Source of the DNA: an uncultured Chitinophaga sp.
GTDB taxonomy: Bacteria > Bacteroidota > Bacteroidia > Chitinophagales > CAIOSU01
DNA: 32,355 nt
Assembly (NCBI GenBank): GCA_964476015.1
Contig: CAYYZT010000001.1
Coordinates: 1-32,355, forward strand
Direction of reading: 5' to 3'
Positions 1 to 8,998 of the stretch are shown here, one piece after another. The translations under genes were made by a program, and so were the position numbers. Under the pieces are notes generated by a model. The model was not told the DNA's origin and made no database searches. It saw nothing but the letters and a program-made list of their open reading frames with translations. Position 1 is the stretch's first letter. Each line of letters begins with the position of its first letter.

Positions 1-234
1 GTCATCTTTAACGGAATAATAAACACCATAAGGAAACGTAAAAACTAAAATTTTGCGGATGCCCTATTCAACATGCCGCCCGGAATTAGGTTGATTCGAT
101 AGTTGGTCAAAAGCCACCAATAAATGTTCGTAGAAATCATCCCCTAGCCCTGTAAGTTGTTCCTCGTACCAATCATAGGCGGCCATAGCATCCTCCGAGG
201 CATCGTCAGTAAGTAAGACTTGATAAGCGGACAT
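1..234 (-). pseudogene. ParE/RelE-family toxin, interrupted by an in-frame TAG (64-66) and running off the left edge
   Basis: My own minus-strand translation from the ATG at 234 gives MSAYQVLLTDDASEDAMAAYDWYEEQLTGLGDDFYEHLLVAFDQLSNQPNSGRHVE*GIRKILVFTFPYGVYYSVKDD. The layout is typical of ParE (Y..Y....GLG..F ... FPY.I.Y). The reading frame continues unchanged after the TAG. The ORF is missing from the supplied track because it is under 60 aa. Confidence 0.6.
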
Positions 235-235
235 A

Positions 236-472
236 TTAGCTGGCGCGGCGTTTCGCCATCCGCTCTTTAAACTCGTCCACGGTTATAGTCTTTACCGTAC
301 CGGCATCGATACCCTCATCCAAAGCTTTCATACTTATCATAACTTTAGGGTCATCTTGAAATGATGGCAAGGCACCACGCTCTTCAAGCTCTTGGTAGAT
401 AGCTAACTCCCAAAGATGTAATTCATTGGTGCTATAAGGGGCAATTTGCTGTTTGATGTCTTTGACTGTCAT
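236..472 (-). CDS. Small protein, putative antitoxin partner of the ParE-like gene
   Basis: A 78-aa ORF whose stop (236-238) lies 1 nt before the toxin ATG (234), which is classic antitoxin-toxin spacing. I do not recognise a family motif. Confidence 0.5.
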   Translation of the reverse strand: MTVKDIKQQIAPYSTNELHLWELAIYQELEERGALPSFQDDPKVMISMKALDEGIDAGTVKTITVDEFKERMAKRRAS

Positions 473-538
473 ACTTTAAAGATACAACGATTTAGGTGTT
501 GCAGTCAAGTATGTAACGTTAATAACAACTCTATTGTT

Positions 539-1051
539 TCACTCCTCCAGTAAGTCGATAAAGCAATTGTCATTACTATCAAAAAATGATGGGTCTGATT
601 CCATTTTTGCCCTAATTTTATCTAATCCTCCATTTGCATATTCCTCTAGTAATTTTCTTAGGGACAATATTTCTTTTTCAATCTCTGTTTCTTCCAATTT
701 TTCCAACTCATTAAAATCAATATCTGATTTAGCTAACAATGCCATAATAACATAGTCAGCAAGATCATTAGGCTGCCAAAATTTAATTTCCATGAACTTT
801 TCTTTTTTGGCATTTTTACTAAAGGGAACTCTATAGTCGTTTTTTAATCCTAATAGAGCTGCATACATGTATATCTCATATTTAGTCGAAAAAAATTTCC
901 CCTGTTCCCATGCAGTTTCATCAGATGCAGTTCCCGCCCTTCCCCCCTGGCCAAGAGTAACCTTAGTAATTAAGCTCTCGTGTATGGCATCATATTCCGG
1001 TGCTCGATCTTTGATTCGTTTAAGCAGTTCCATATTAATTGAGTGATTCAA
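539..1051 (-). CDS. Small helical protein, last gene of the PT-associated restriction-like module (possibly the 'Dnd system-associated protein 4' type)
   Basis: A 170-aa ORF that overlaps the stop of the upstream ATPase. An alternative ATG at 1033 would leave a 1-nt gap instead. The family assignment rests on memory of size and context only and has not been verified. Confidence 0.5.
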   Translation of the reverse strand: MNHSINMELLKRIKDRAPEYDAIHESLITKVTLGQGGRAGTASDETAWEQGKFFSTKYEIYMYAALLGLKNDYRVPFSKNAKKEKFMEIKFWQPNDLADYVIMALLAKSDIDFNELEKLEETEIEKEILSLRKLLEEYANGGLDKIRAKMESDPSFFDSNDNCFIDLLEE

Positions 1052-3218
1052 TTTTTGTAGATAGATTACTCCGATTAATTCTATCGTTTTCTAAGATAGA
1101 TGGGGTAATAGTGTATACTTTCCCAACTTTTATATCAGGATTTTTCAATAGTTCGTTTCTAAGTTCCTGATTTTTGTAAAACTCTTTACTCATAATAATG
1201 CTTTGCCTGTATACCTTACTAACCGTTTTACAAAAACCAAGTGTGTAATCTTCCCCAAATACAGATGTAGGAGCATCTGTAATGAGCGTATAAATCTCAC
1301 CCGAATTTCCTTTTGCAGAGATAATGGCCATTATAGCGGATAGCTTAACAAGAATTAGATTGCTAGTATTTAAGCCAAGCAACGGATTGCCATTACTATC
1401 AATGATTTCAGGCATGTAATTTCCGTTGGGCAGCTTTCGCAACTTAATTTTTCCTCTTGTTGATTTATTGCCCGAAGTCATAGCTTGATAATGGATATTC
1501 GCTTCTTGCTCCAATTGAGCTATAAGGTTGTTGAATACCCTATCCCGGGTGGTTTTCGATATTACTTTAAAATCTTGTGTTACATCTCTCTTTTCAACTA
1601 ACCAGCTAGGTAACTCTCCAGTAACTAAATCTTTGAATTGATCGTTAATCCCTGCGAGAAGATTTTCAAAATTCTCTATTTCCTGAGATACCAGGTTCAA
1701 GTCGTCTTTGAAATCCTTTGCATTTTTGTACTGTATCGAATATTCATTCAAAATATTTTGAGCTTGTTCGCTTGTCAGTAGGGTGTCTGTAAGTAATTTC
1801 TGGATGTCCGATTCGACATTTTCAATTTCTCTATTTGCTTCCCGCACTTTTCCCTGTAAATCACTACGCCTTATCAAAGTTTCACTTATATCATCAGCAA
1901 TTTCTGCAATTCGGTTACTCAAGGATAATCCATTCTGATATAGGCGCTTAAAGTCATCAGAAAAATCCTGAGATGTCCTTGTGGTTTCTTTTCCGTTTTT
2001 TTTCTTTGATGTATCGCGATTAAGAAGTTCTTTAATTTTCAACCACGCTTCAGTATCTTTTTTTGCCTCACGATCACAAACCAAACAACGCTCTTTATCA
2101 AGCATCCATTCCACATAATTTGGTTCAGGTACATTTATTGGCAACCGTGTTTGAAGATTTGTTGCTACCTCATCTTCAATATCTTTTCTTGCCTTATCTT
2201 CAGCTGCACTCTGCAGCTTCCTTTTCTCATAATCTGAGAATTTCTGAGCGTAGTTTTTTTGTAAATCTTCTGTCCCTCTTAAGACCCATTTGTTACGAAA
2301 CATTTTGCGATGAAAACTCACCTGCTCGCTTTTTAGTGATTGGTTGAGAGCAGCTAGATTGTTTAAAAGGCCTCTTTTACGTTCTTGCAAAACACTAACT
2401 TTTTGTGCATCTGCCTGTTTATTTAGGAGTTCCTCGCATCGTGATTCCGCTCTTGATAAGTTATCGTTGATTTCCGTTTCTTCTTTTTTTCGTTCCTGTA
2501 TTCTTTTTTCCAGTTCACATTTACGAGCTTCCAATTGGGTGCTTTTAACAGAGTCTTTACTCAATCTTGTAATTTCCCGCTGGTACTCGTTACTTGCTGT
2601 TCCCGCCGCTGCTTCGGCGATTTTGATAATGGCATCGTAACGGGAGATGTTAGACAGTACATCAACTGCTTTTGTAAGCGTATCTTGTTTATTAAAATCT
2701 ATGATGGATTCAACTTGTTCACCCTGAAACCAGAGATAATCTTTAATTTTAGAAGGAAGTATACTATTAAGGATTGCCCTTTTTCTATCTTCATCTGTTA
2801 TCATTTTAGCATTAAGATAGGACAATTCTTTTTCCATTATGGTAAATTCTCCATCATTATCTTCCTGAACATTACCATCTGTAACTGAAATAGAATAGCG
2901 CCTTTCCAAAATGTACATGTTATCCCGCTCCAAATTGTGAAAGGTAATTTTTACGGATGTGGTAACCTTATCATTAACAGTTTCGGATTTTGCTTTGTCG
3001 GAAATCAGCTTTGATTTCACAATTTTTGTGGCCTGGAACTCCTTCTTTTCAGAAACGAAAACTTGGTCATACATTACCCAATAAAAAGCATCATACAATT
3101 TTGATTTTCCGTAACCATTATCACCAATAATTACGTTAATGCCTTCAGAAAATTCAATACAATTACCTTTTCCGGCATAGCACATAAAGTTATCCAGCTC
3201 TATCTTTTTGATAATCAT
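1035..3218 (-). CDS. DndD/SMC/Rad50-like ABC ATPase with a long coiled coil
   Basis: There is an N-terminal Walker A (VIIGDNGYGKSKLYDAF). A long charged, heptad-like middle region contains CLVCDR (CxxC) near its centre. A C-terminal Walker-B-like motif (YTLITDAPTSVFGEDY) resembles the D-T/A-P motif of DndD. Confidence 0.75.
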   Translation of the reverse strand: MIIKKIELDNFMCYAGKGNCIEFSEGINVIIGDNGYGKSKLYDAFYWVMYDQVFVSEKKEFQATKIVKSKLISDKAKSETVNDKVTTSVKITFHNLERDNMYILERRYSISVTDGNVQEDNDGEFTIMEKELSYLNAKMITDEDRKRAILNSILPSKIKDYLWFQGEQVESIIDFNKQDTLTKAVDVLSNISRYDAIIKIAEAAAGTASNEYQREITRLSKDSVKSTQLEARKCELEKRIQERKKEETEINDNLSRAESRCEELLNKQADAQKVSVLQERKRGLLNNLAALNQSLKSEQVSFHRKMFRNKWVLRGTEDLQKNYAQKFSDYEKRKLQSAAEDKARKDIEDEVATNLQTRLPINVPEPNYVEWMLDKERCLVCDREAKKDTEAWLKIKELLNRDTSKKKNGKETTRTSQDFSDDFKRLYQNGLSLSNRIAEIADDISETLIRRSDLQGKVREANREIENVESDIQKLLTDTLLTSEQAQNILNEYSIQYKNAKDFKDDLNLVSQEIENFENLLAGINDQFKDLVTGELPSWLVEKRDVTQDFKVISKTTRDRVFNNLIAQLEQEANIHYQAMTSGNKSTRGKIKLRKLPNGNYMPEIIDSNGNPLLGLNTSNLILVKLSAIMAIISAKGNSGEIYTLITDAPTSVFGEDYTLGFCKTVSKVYRQSIIMSKEFYKNQELRNELLKNPDIKVGKVYTITPSILENDRINRSNLSTKIESLN

Positions 3219-3220
3219 AA

Positions 3221-3439
3221 TCAGCCTTCTTTGTTGAGACTTTGGTTAATCTTTCTAATAATTACAGTTTCGCCCTCACCATCAATGTTTCCTACAATTG
3301 CAATTTTAATTACCTCTAGAAGTTTTGAATTTGTAGAGTGATGAAAATTTAGCTCCTGTGCTTTTTCTTGAGTGATGTAATTTTTTTCAGTTAGGAGCGG
3401 GTCTTCCAAAAATGTTTTGTAAAATTCATCTTTTGTCAT
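3221..3439 (-). CDS. Hypothetical 72-aa protein, translationally coupled between the helicase and the ATPase
   Basis: Its ATG overlaps the helicase stop (ATGA at 3436-3439). Its stop lies 2 nt before the ATPase start. It has the same strand and composition as its neighbours. Confidence 0.55.
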   Translation of the reverse strand: MTKDEFYKTFLEDPLLTEKNYITQEKAQELNFHHSTNSKLLEVIKIAIVGNIDGEGETVIIRKINQSLNKEG

Positions 3440-5676
3440 GTGGTAGCAAGTTCAGATTGGATAGTATAGATGTTAAGATTGTAGTAATTACAAACAATTT
3501 CAAACTTATCCTCAGTAAAATAAGGATTTTTTGCAAGTGAAGCAAAATACATAACCCGCTCTAGTTCTTTTTTCACAAGCGACTTTTCTAAAGTATAAGT
3601 TTCCGTCCCTTCTATTGCTCCTTCATAATCAGGAATTACTACTAAATCATGTATAGTGGCATATCTCTTAGCAGGATGTTTACGTAAAATTCTTCCCCGT
3701 CTTTGGATAAACTGCCTAGGGTTTCCCGTGCTACTACAAAAAATGGCTGTTTCTGCTCGAGGAATATCAACTCCTTCATCTAAACACTTCATTGAGGCAA
3801 TTACATCAATACTCCCGCTTTGAAATTGGGTTAAGATTTCGTCCCTATCTTTCATTCCGCTGGTGAACTGATTTACCAAAATACTTTCATCTATTTTCGC
3901 AATTTCTCGTGTATATTGGTTTATTAGTCGGACGTTATCTGTTATAGGTTCCCCATCATCTTCTAGTATTTCAAACGTTTCTCCTTCAGGAACATAAACA
4001 AAAGTATACTTCAGGTCGCCTTTCTTTTTAAACTGTTCTTTTAAAATCTCTATCGTAGCTGGGAGTTTGTTTGCGGCTTTATGAATTATTCTCTTTCTCT
4101 TTAACAATAAGCGCTCAATAATGGAGTCTTTGTCGGGATTTGAATTCCCGTATAGGTATAATTTAGCAAGTTGATTACTTATTTCGGTATATTCTGCCAT
4201 TTCATCCGTCGTAAGTTTTATAATATGCGGATAATAATCATATTGGCACAACACCTTTTCATGAATAGCCTTTTCCATAGGGAAGGAATAGGTATATGGC
4301 TCTTTATCTAAGAAGAACTTTTCCATTTCGGCTGTACCTTCTGGATCATAAACCCTCTTAGGCGTTGCGGATAGGCCAATCCTTTTATCTGGATTAAACT
4401 CAGTTAGCTTACTGGCCACTGTCGGTGAAGCCAGATTGTGTCCCTCATCGGCAATAAAAATTGTGTCTATTGGTAGATTTCTAACTACGCTTTGAAATTT
4501 ATCCTTAACAAAGGAAGCATAGGTACTTATAAGAATAAACGAAACAGGGATTCTTTTCGCAGTAGAAATTAAAGTAGTTACATCGGCCTGCCAGTCAACT
4601 TTTGATGATATTTTATAAACTTCCTTAAAATTAAATGATTTCACTTCCCTTTCCCATTGTTCTACCAAAGTAATTGTCGGAACAAGGATCAGTGCATGAT
4701 AAATATCATTTCCATTTCGCCTATACTCATTCAACAAACAATTCAGTGAAGTAATCGTTTTACCAGTTCCGGTGGCCATTGCAAAGATTCCTTTATAACC
4801 ATTTTCTACCCAATTGATGTAGGCTTCCTTCTGATATTCCCTTGGACCTTCAATGTAAGGAAATCTGGGATTTCTTCTAATTTTATCTAAATCGTTATGC
4901 AGCTTAACTATGGTTTGCTTTAAGCGTTTGTTACCAACTAGGCTCATTTTCTTATTCAACAACTCCTCTTCATCCACAATCAATTCATCCAGGTCTTTAT
5001 TCCCGAACTTATCTCTAATAGCAATCTCTATTTCACTTGCTGATAGATACTCAACCTCTTTATCCTTTTCGGCAAAGTAATCATCGATAACCCTTAATTG
5101 CTTCTTTATGAGCTTGTTCGACCTGCCATTCTCCCAGCTCAAAAAGGCTTCTAACTCTTCAAGGTTTTCTGATAGACCATACAAGGTGAAATTGCAAGAA
5201 CCCTTATATGCCACAAAATTTTCACCGTCACTGAAAACACCTGACTTGTAATGTGCTATCCCATCGCTGTTCTTCGGCTTAATTACCTTTATCTCTATGC
5301 GCTTTTCCGCTATCAAGTATGCTAAACACTCAAAGAAGTGCCGATCATACTCATCGAGCACTTTCCCTAGAGCTTCAATGTCCGTCAAATCAAATACTCG
5401 GTTAATATTTGCTGCATTTTCGCCTTTTTCAAATGCATCCTTGTCGTTTTTGGAAAGAAATTGGTTGATAACGATTCGCATTTTACCCCCATTGCTTATG
5501 AATTTGGCAAAGCCTATGGATAAAAGGTTAATAGCGGCCGAACTGAAATAACCTAGTAGTAAGTGGAATTGTGTACTATTGGCCAAGCCGTCCAAATAAA
5601 ATTGCAAAGGCTCATTCTCAGTTCTATTCTTGTAATCTCTATCTTCTGACCATTGACAGTTTCTAAGCATGCCCAA
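3436..5676 (-). CDS. PLD-family nuclease domain fused to an SF2 (ResIII/DEAD-like) helicase
   Basis: The PLD HxK(x4)D...GSxN motif is present (GIAHYKSGVFSDGENFVAYKGSCNFT). Helicase motifs are I (AMATGTGKT), II (FIADEGHNL), III (LSATP) and VI (QRRGRILR). Confidence 0.85.
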   Translation of the reverse strand: MGMLRNCQWSEDRDYKNRTENEPLQFYLDGLANSTQFHLLLGYFSSAAINLLSIGFAKFISNGGKMRIVINQFLSKNDKDAFEKGENAANINRVFDLTDIEALGKVLDEYDRHFFECLAYLIAEKRIEIKVIKPKNSDGIAHYKSGVFSDGENFVAYKGSCNFTLYGLSENLEELEAFLSWENGRSNKLIKKQLRVIDDYFAEKDKEVEYLSASEIEIAIRDKFGNKDLDELIVDEEELLNKKMSLVGNKRLKQTIVKLHNDLDKIRRNPRFPYIEGPREYQKEAYINWVENGYKGIFAMATGTGKTITSLNCLLNEYRRNGNDIYHALILVPTITLVEQWEREVKSFNFKEVYKISSKVDWQADVTTLISTAKRIPVSFILISTYASFVKDKFQSVVRNLPIDTIFIADEGHNLASPTVASKLTEFNPDKRIGLSATPKRVYDPEGTAEMEKFFLDKEPYTYSFPMEKAIHEKVLCQYDYYPHIIKLTTDEMAEYTEISNQLAKLYLYGNSNPDKDSIIERLLLKRKRIIHKAANKLPATIEILKEQFKKKGDLKYTFVYVPEGETFEILEDDGEPITDNVRLINQYTREIAKIDESILVNQFTSGMKDRDEILTQFQSGSIDVIASMKCLDEGVDIPRAETAIFCSSTGNPRQFIQRRGRILRKHPAKRYATIHDLVVIPDYEGAIEGTETYTLEKSLVKKELERVMYFASLAKNPYFTEDKFEIVCNYYNLNIYTIQSELATT

Positions 5677-6817
5677 GATTTGGTTGAGTTAATTTTGAAA
5701 TGGCTTCAATGACGGTTTCTATATCTTTTTGTGTAGTAAACCTTCCCAAGGAAAACCTTAGCGATGCAAATGCATCATCATCGTTTAATCCCATTGCAAG
5801 AAGCACATGAGAGGGTTCAATTACAGCCGCTGTGCATGCGGAACCATTAGACACTGCTATATTTCTCATTCTCCCTATCATTACATTGGCATCAAATCCT
5901 CTAAAGCAGATATTGCTTACGTTATACAGTCTTTTCTCAGTACTGCCGTTTATAAAGGTATTGGGAATCTTGAGCAGTTCGCTTTCCAACTCATCTCGTA
6001 AAATAGCAATTCGTCCCGCGTCTTGATGCATTTCTTGCTGTGCTATTTCACATGCTGCTCCTAATGCAATAACCCCTGGAGCATTCAGTGTTCCACTTCG
6101 TAAACCTTTCTCGTGCCCCCCTCCATGTGTATATGTAGGAAGCTTTAGATTTCGCCTTATATACAAAGCTCCTATGCCTTTAGGTCCATACATTTTATGA
6201 CCACTCAGGCATAAAACATCAATTCCAAGTGCATCGACATCAATTTCTACTTTTCCTACTGATTGGGTCGCATCAGTAACAAACAATGTCCCCACCTCAT
6301 GGGCAATGGAAGCAATTTCTTTAATAGGTTGTAATACTCCGGTTTCATTGTTTACATGCATAATACAAACTAGAATTGTGTCATGACGTAAAGCATTTCG
6401 AAGCTCATCCAAACAAACTAATCCATTCCCTTGAACTGATAAGTAAGTGACTTCATACCCTTTGGTCTCAAGATGCTTACAGGTATCAAGCACTGCGTGA
6501 TGTTCTGTTGAGCATGTAACAATATGTTTGCCTTTTGTGGCATAACTTTCTACAATTCCCTTTAAAGCAATATTAAGTGCTTCTGTGGAGCCACTAGTAA
6601 ATATAATTTCGCCTTCATCTACTCCAATCAGATTAGCAACCCGCGTCCTTGCGGTTTTAATTGCTTCATTAATAATGGAACCGAAGTGATGAGTGCTACT
6701 AGGGTTCGCAAAACTTTCTTTTAGGTATGGAAGCATTGCATCCAACACTCGATTATCTATAGGAGTGGTGGCGTTATAATCAAGGTATATAACTCCGTTA
6801 TTTGTTAACATGAACAA
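5663..6817 (-). CDS. sspA: Cysteine desulfurase (NifS/IscS class V aminotransferase), SspA/DndA-like
   Basis: The N-terminus is NifS-like (IYLDYNATTP). The PLP-lysine motif LSGHKMYGPKG is present. The catalytic-cysteine loop is SNGSACTA. The gene sits in an operon with sspBCD. Confidence 0.85.
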   Translation of the reverse strand: MFMLTNNGVIYLDYNATTPIDNRVLDAMLPYLKESFANPSSTHHFGSIINEAIKTARTRVANLIGVDEGEIIFTSGSTEALNIALKGIVESYATKGKHIVTCSTEHHAVLDTCKHLETKGYEVTYLSVQGNGLVCLDELRNALRHDTILVCIMHVNNETGVLQPIKEIASIAHEVGTLFVTDATQSVGKVEIDVDALGIDVLCLSGHKMYGPKGIGALYIRRNLKLPTYTHGGGHEKGLRSGTLNAPGVIALGAACEIAQQEMHQDAGRIAILRDELESELLKIPNTFINGSTEKRLYNVSNICFRGFDANVMIGRMRNIAVSNGSACTAAVIEPSHVLLAMGLNDDDAFASLRFSLGRFTTQKDIETVIEAISKLTQPNLGHA

Positions 6818-7205
6818 GAGAAAATTTCTTCAGAAACTCTATACCATCTGAAATATTATTTACTACAACTCCAGAGGGCTTATACAGTATTTTGAAATAC
6901 CTAGCAAAAGTTGGTTCTTCCAACGACCTTTCATCAACGAGAATAATCGTTTTGTTCAATGAATATGCTACACCTAATTCAAAAGCTAGACCATAACCTG
7001 ATGGGTTGGATGCTTCCATAAAACCAAAGAAAATATCGCATTCCTTTATAAAGTGAATATCCCAAGTCGTATAAAATTCAGAATGCTCAAGGCCGTGCTC
7101 TCTTGGGTTAAAGAAAACAAATTGATTATCAAGCTGCTCAATAATGTTCGATTGCCAGTTACTTTTAAAACCTCCGGATAAAAAAACTTTAGACTTATAG
7201 CTCAT
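6798..7205 (-). CDS. Nucleoside 2-deoxyribosyltransferase-like (NDT/SLOG-type Rossmannoid) protein
   Basis: The start was trimmed to MSYKSKVFLSGG (ATG at 7205). The motif SGYGLAFELGVAYSLNKTIILV matches the D/S-G-x-x-x-E-x-G-x-A core of NDT-family proteins, including the catalytic Glu. The N-terminal strand and Gly loop is VFLSGGF. Confidence 0.6.
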   Translation of the reverse strand: MSYKSKVFLSGGFKSNWQSNIIEQLDNQFVFFNPREHGLEHSEFYTTWDIHFIKECDIFFGFMEASNPSGYGLAFELGVAYSLNKTIILVDERSLEEPTFARYFKILYKPSGVVVNNISDGIEFLKKFSLVHVNK

Positions 7206-7911
7206 GCTTGAGTTGTTTTGCAGTATATATTGAAAATGGCAACCCAATAGCTATCGCATAAAATCTATCACGGGTCTGCCTTAAAAAGATGTAACTTAAA
7301 ATCAAACACACATAAACTATAAGATGCGGTGTAGTTGTTTTAAAAACTGGCAATAAATAGGAACTAAAAATTGTAAAAAACAATCCCAATATTCCTATAA
7401 TGAAAGAAATATTCCCTGTATGATTTGACAGTTCAGACCTAAACATAAATCCATATATTTTCTGGTCGTGCTCTGGGATAAAACTCATCGCAATACTTCT
7501 TAGATCCCTAATACTTGCTGTCTCTAGATTATCTATTAGTTCTTTTCCCTTAAGCGCATTTGCCAACAATTTCTTTGAAAGTGAAAAAGCTTTCCGTGAT
7601 GCAACCTGTTTTTCAATTTTTTTTGTATAGGAATCCTTTCCCAAAATATGTTCCTTTAATAAACCAAAGCCGTAAACCACGTGGCCAAGCAAGTATGATA
7701 TAGATATAAATATGAAAATGTAAAAGTCACTTGTGTTTGCACCAAGTGATGGAGTAATAAAATAAGTTGGCTCAATAAAAACTGAGAGTAGGATCAGAAT
7801 ATAACTTCCGGGCAATAAATATCCAATGATATCCCAAATAAATTCTTTAAAGGAATCAAAAAAGCCTTTTATGCTTTCCATACAAGTCTTTTTAAATAAA
7901 ACACGAGGCAC
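7195..7911 (-). CDS. Multi-pass membrane protein of unknown function
   Basis: The ORF is 238 aa, or 228 aa from MESIKG at 7881. Hydrophobic helices flank a charged central segment: IIGYLLPGSYILILLSVFI, FYIFIFISISYLLGHVVYGF, ISFIIGILGLFFTIFSSYLL and LIVYVCLILSYIF. It overlaps both neighbouring genes. Confidence 0.6.
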   Translation of the reverse strand: MPRVLFKKTCMESIKGFFDSFKEFIWDIIGYLLPGSYILILLSVFIEPTYFITPSLGANTSDFYIFIFISISYLLGHVVYGFGLLKEHILGKDSYTKKIEKQVASRKAFSLSKKLLANALKGKELIDNLETASIRDLRSIAMSFIPEHDQKIYGFMFRSELSNHTGNISFIIGILGLFFTIFSSYLLPVFKTTTPHLIVYVCLILSYIFLRQTRDRFYAIAIGLPFSIYTAKQLKHEL

Positions 7912-8998
7912 AACCTACACTATCATCTTCACCCAAAATATCAATTAAATATTGAGATTGGCTTTTAATCTTCTTTCTTTCCATTTTTTTTAAGTATTCA
8001 CTTTTAATTTTTTCCATTCGTGCGGGCTGAATCAATTCTTCCAAACTTTCTCCTTGGCCCCAAGTATAACCATCTTTTTCGTATTGCATAGCTTTTTTAT
8101 ACAACTCTGGGTGCTGTTCATAAAGCCATACCCATTCTATTTTTTGCTGGAAGAAGCAAAAATAGCATCCCGAGCGGCTTCTGGCATATTGCCCGATCTT
8201 ACCATTTACATCAAAGTCTAGTTGTTTATAGTAAGCGGGAACGCCAACCCCACTCTCTTCCAAAATCCTGAAAATATCACTCTTTACCAGGATATCTTCA
8301 TTGTCTAAAAGAGGGAATGAAGCCTCCTTGGCCAAAGGATACTCAGTGCCTTTCAGATACCCAAAAACCAAATGATTAAAGGCTTTTACATCAAGATCAA
8401 GCAATAAATTCAGCTTTTGAGTTTGGGTGAATGAAGGCTCGATTTTTTTTGAAATGGTCTCTATCGCTTTATCCTGCCATCTACCGAAATCAATATTGTC
8501 TGCGATTGATCGAATAAGCTCTATACTTTGATTTGAAATTACCTTTGCAATCACATCCTCACTCCAAATATTTCGCCTAAAAGGAAAAATTGACTGGATG
8601 TTTTTCTTGGTTGAAATGTAACCTTCTCTTTCTTCATCACCTCTTATTCCAACATAGGAAATTACTGGGTTGGCTCCAACGTATTTCTCAAATGGGTCAA
8701 GTTTTAATTTTTTAGTACACCATCTTGAATTTGAGGAAGGAAGAAACCCGCCATACATTTTCAAAAAATGGTCAAATGGATCTTCCGAACTGTTTTCTGC
8801 AGCTTGCAATAAGTTTATCTTAATGCCTAAATAAACTTCTAGATTTTTTATGAGTTGGTATGTTTCATCCAGTTCTTTTCCTGTATCGCAAGAATAAAAC
8901 TCCATATCCAATAAGGGATACTTGGCCTTCATATAGATAGCTAATGCGGCACTATCCTTACCACCGGAAATACCTAATACATGCCTTACAGTATTCAT
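7892..8998 (-). CDS. sspD: PAPS-reductase/PP-loop ATP pyrophosphatase, SspD/DndC-like
   Basis: The PP-loop motif is VLGISGGKDSAAL. Cysteine clusters are present (RSGCYFCFF and C-terminal CASCFI). There is a 4-nt overlap with sspC. Confidence 0.8.
   Translation of the reverse strand: MNTVRHVLGISGGKDSAALAIYMKAKYPLLDMEFYSCDTGKELDETYQLIKNLEVYLGIKINLLQAAENSSEDPFDHFLKMYGGFLPSSNSRWCTKKLKLDPFEKYVGANPVISYVGIRGDEEREGYISTKKNIQSIFPFRRNIWSEDVIAKVISNQSIELIRSIADNIDFGRWQDKAIETISKKIEPSFTQTQKLNLLLDLDVKAFNHLVFGYLKGTEYPLAKEASFPLLDNEDILVKSDIFRILEESGVGVPAYYKQLDFDVNGKIGQYARSRSGCYFCFFQQKIEWVWLYEQHPELYKKAMQYEKDGYTWGQGESLEELIQPARMEKIKSEYLKKMERKKIKSQSQYLIDILGEDDSVGCASCFI

Noticed and set aside
2063-2888. Three plus-strand ORFs (94-117 aa) lying inside the SMC-like ATPase gene.
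   Set aside because: They lie antisense to a well-supported 727-aa gene. Their composition is Leu/Ser/Phe/Cys-rich and low in complexity, as is typical of shadow ORFs in AT-rich coding DNA.
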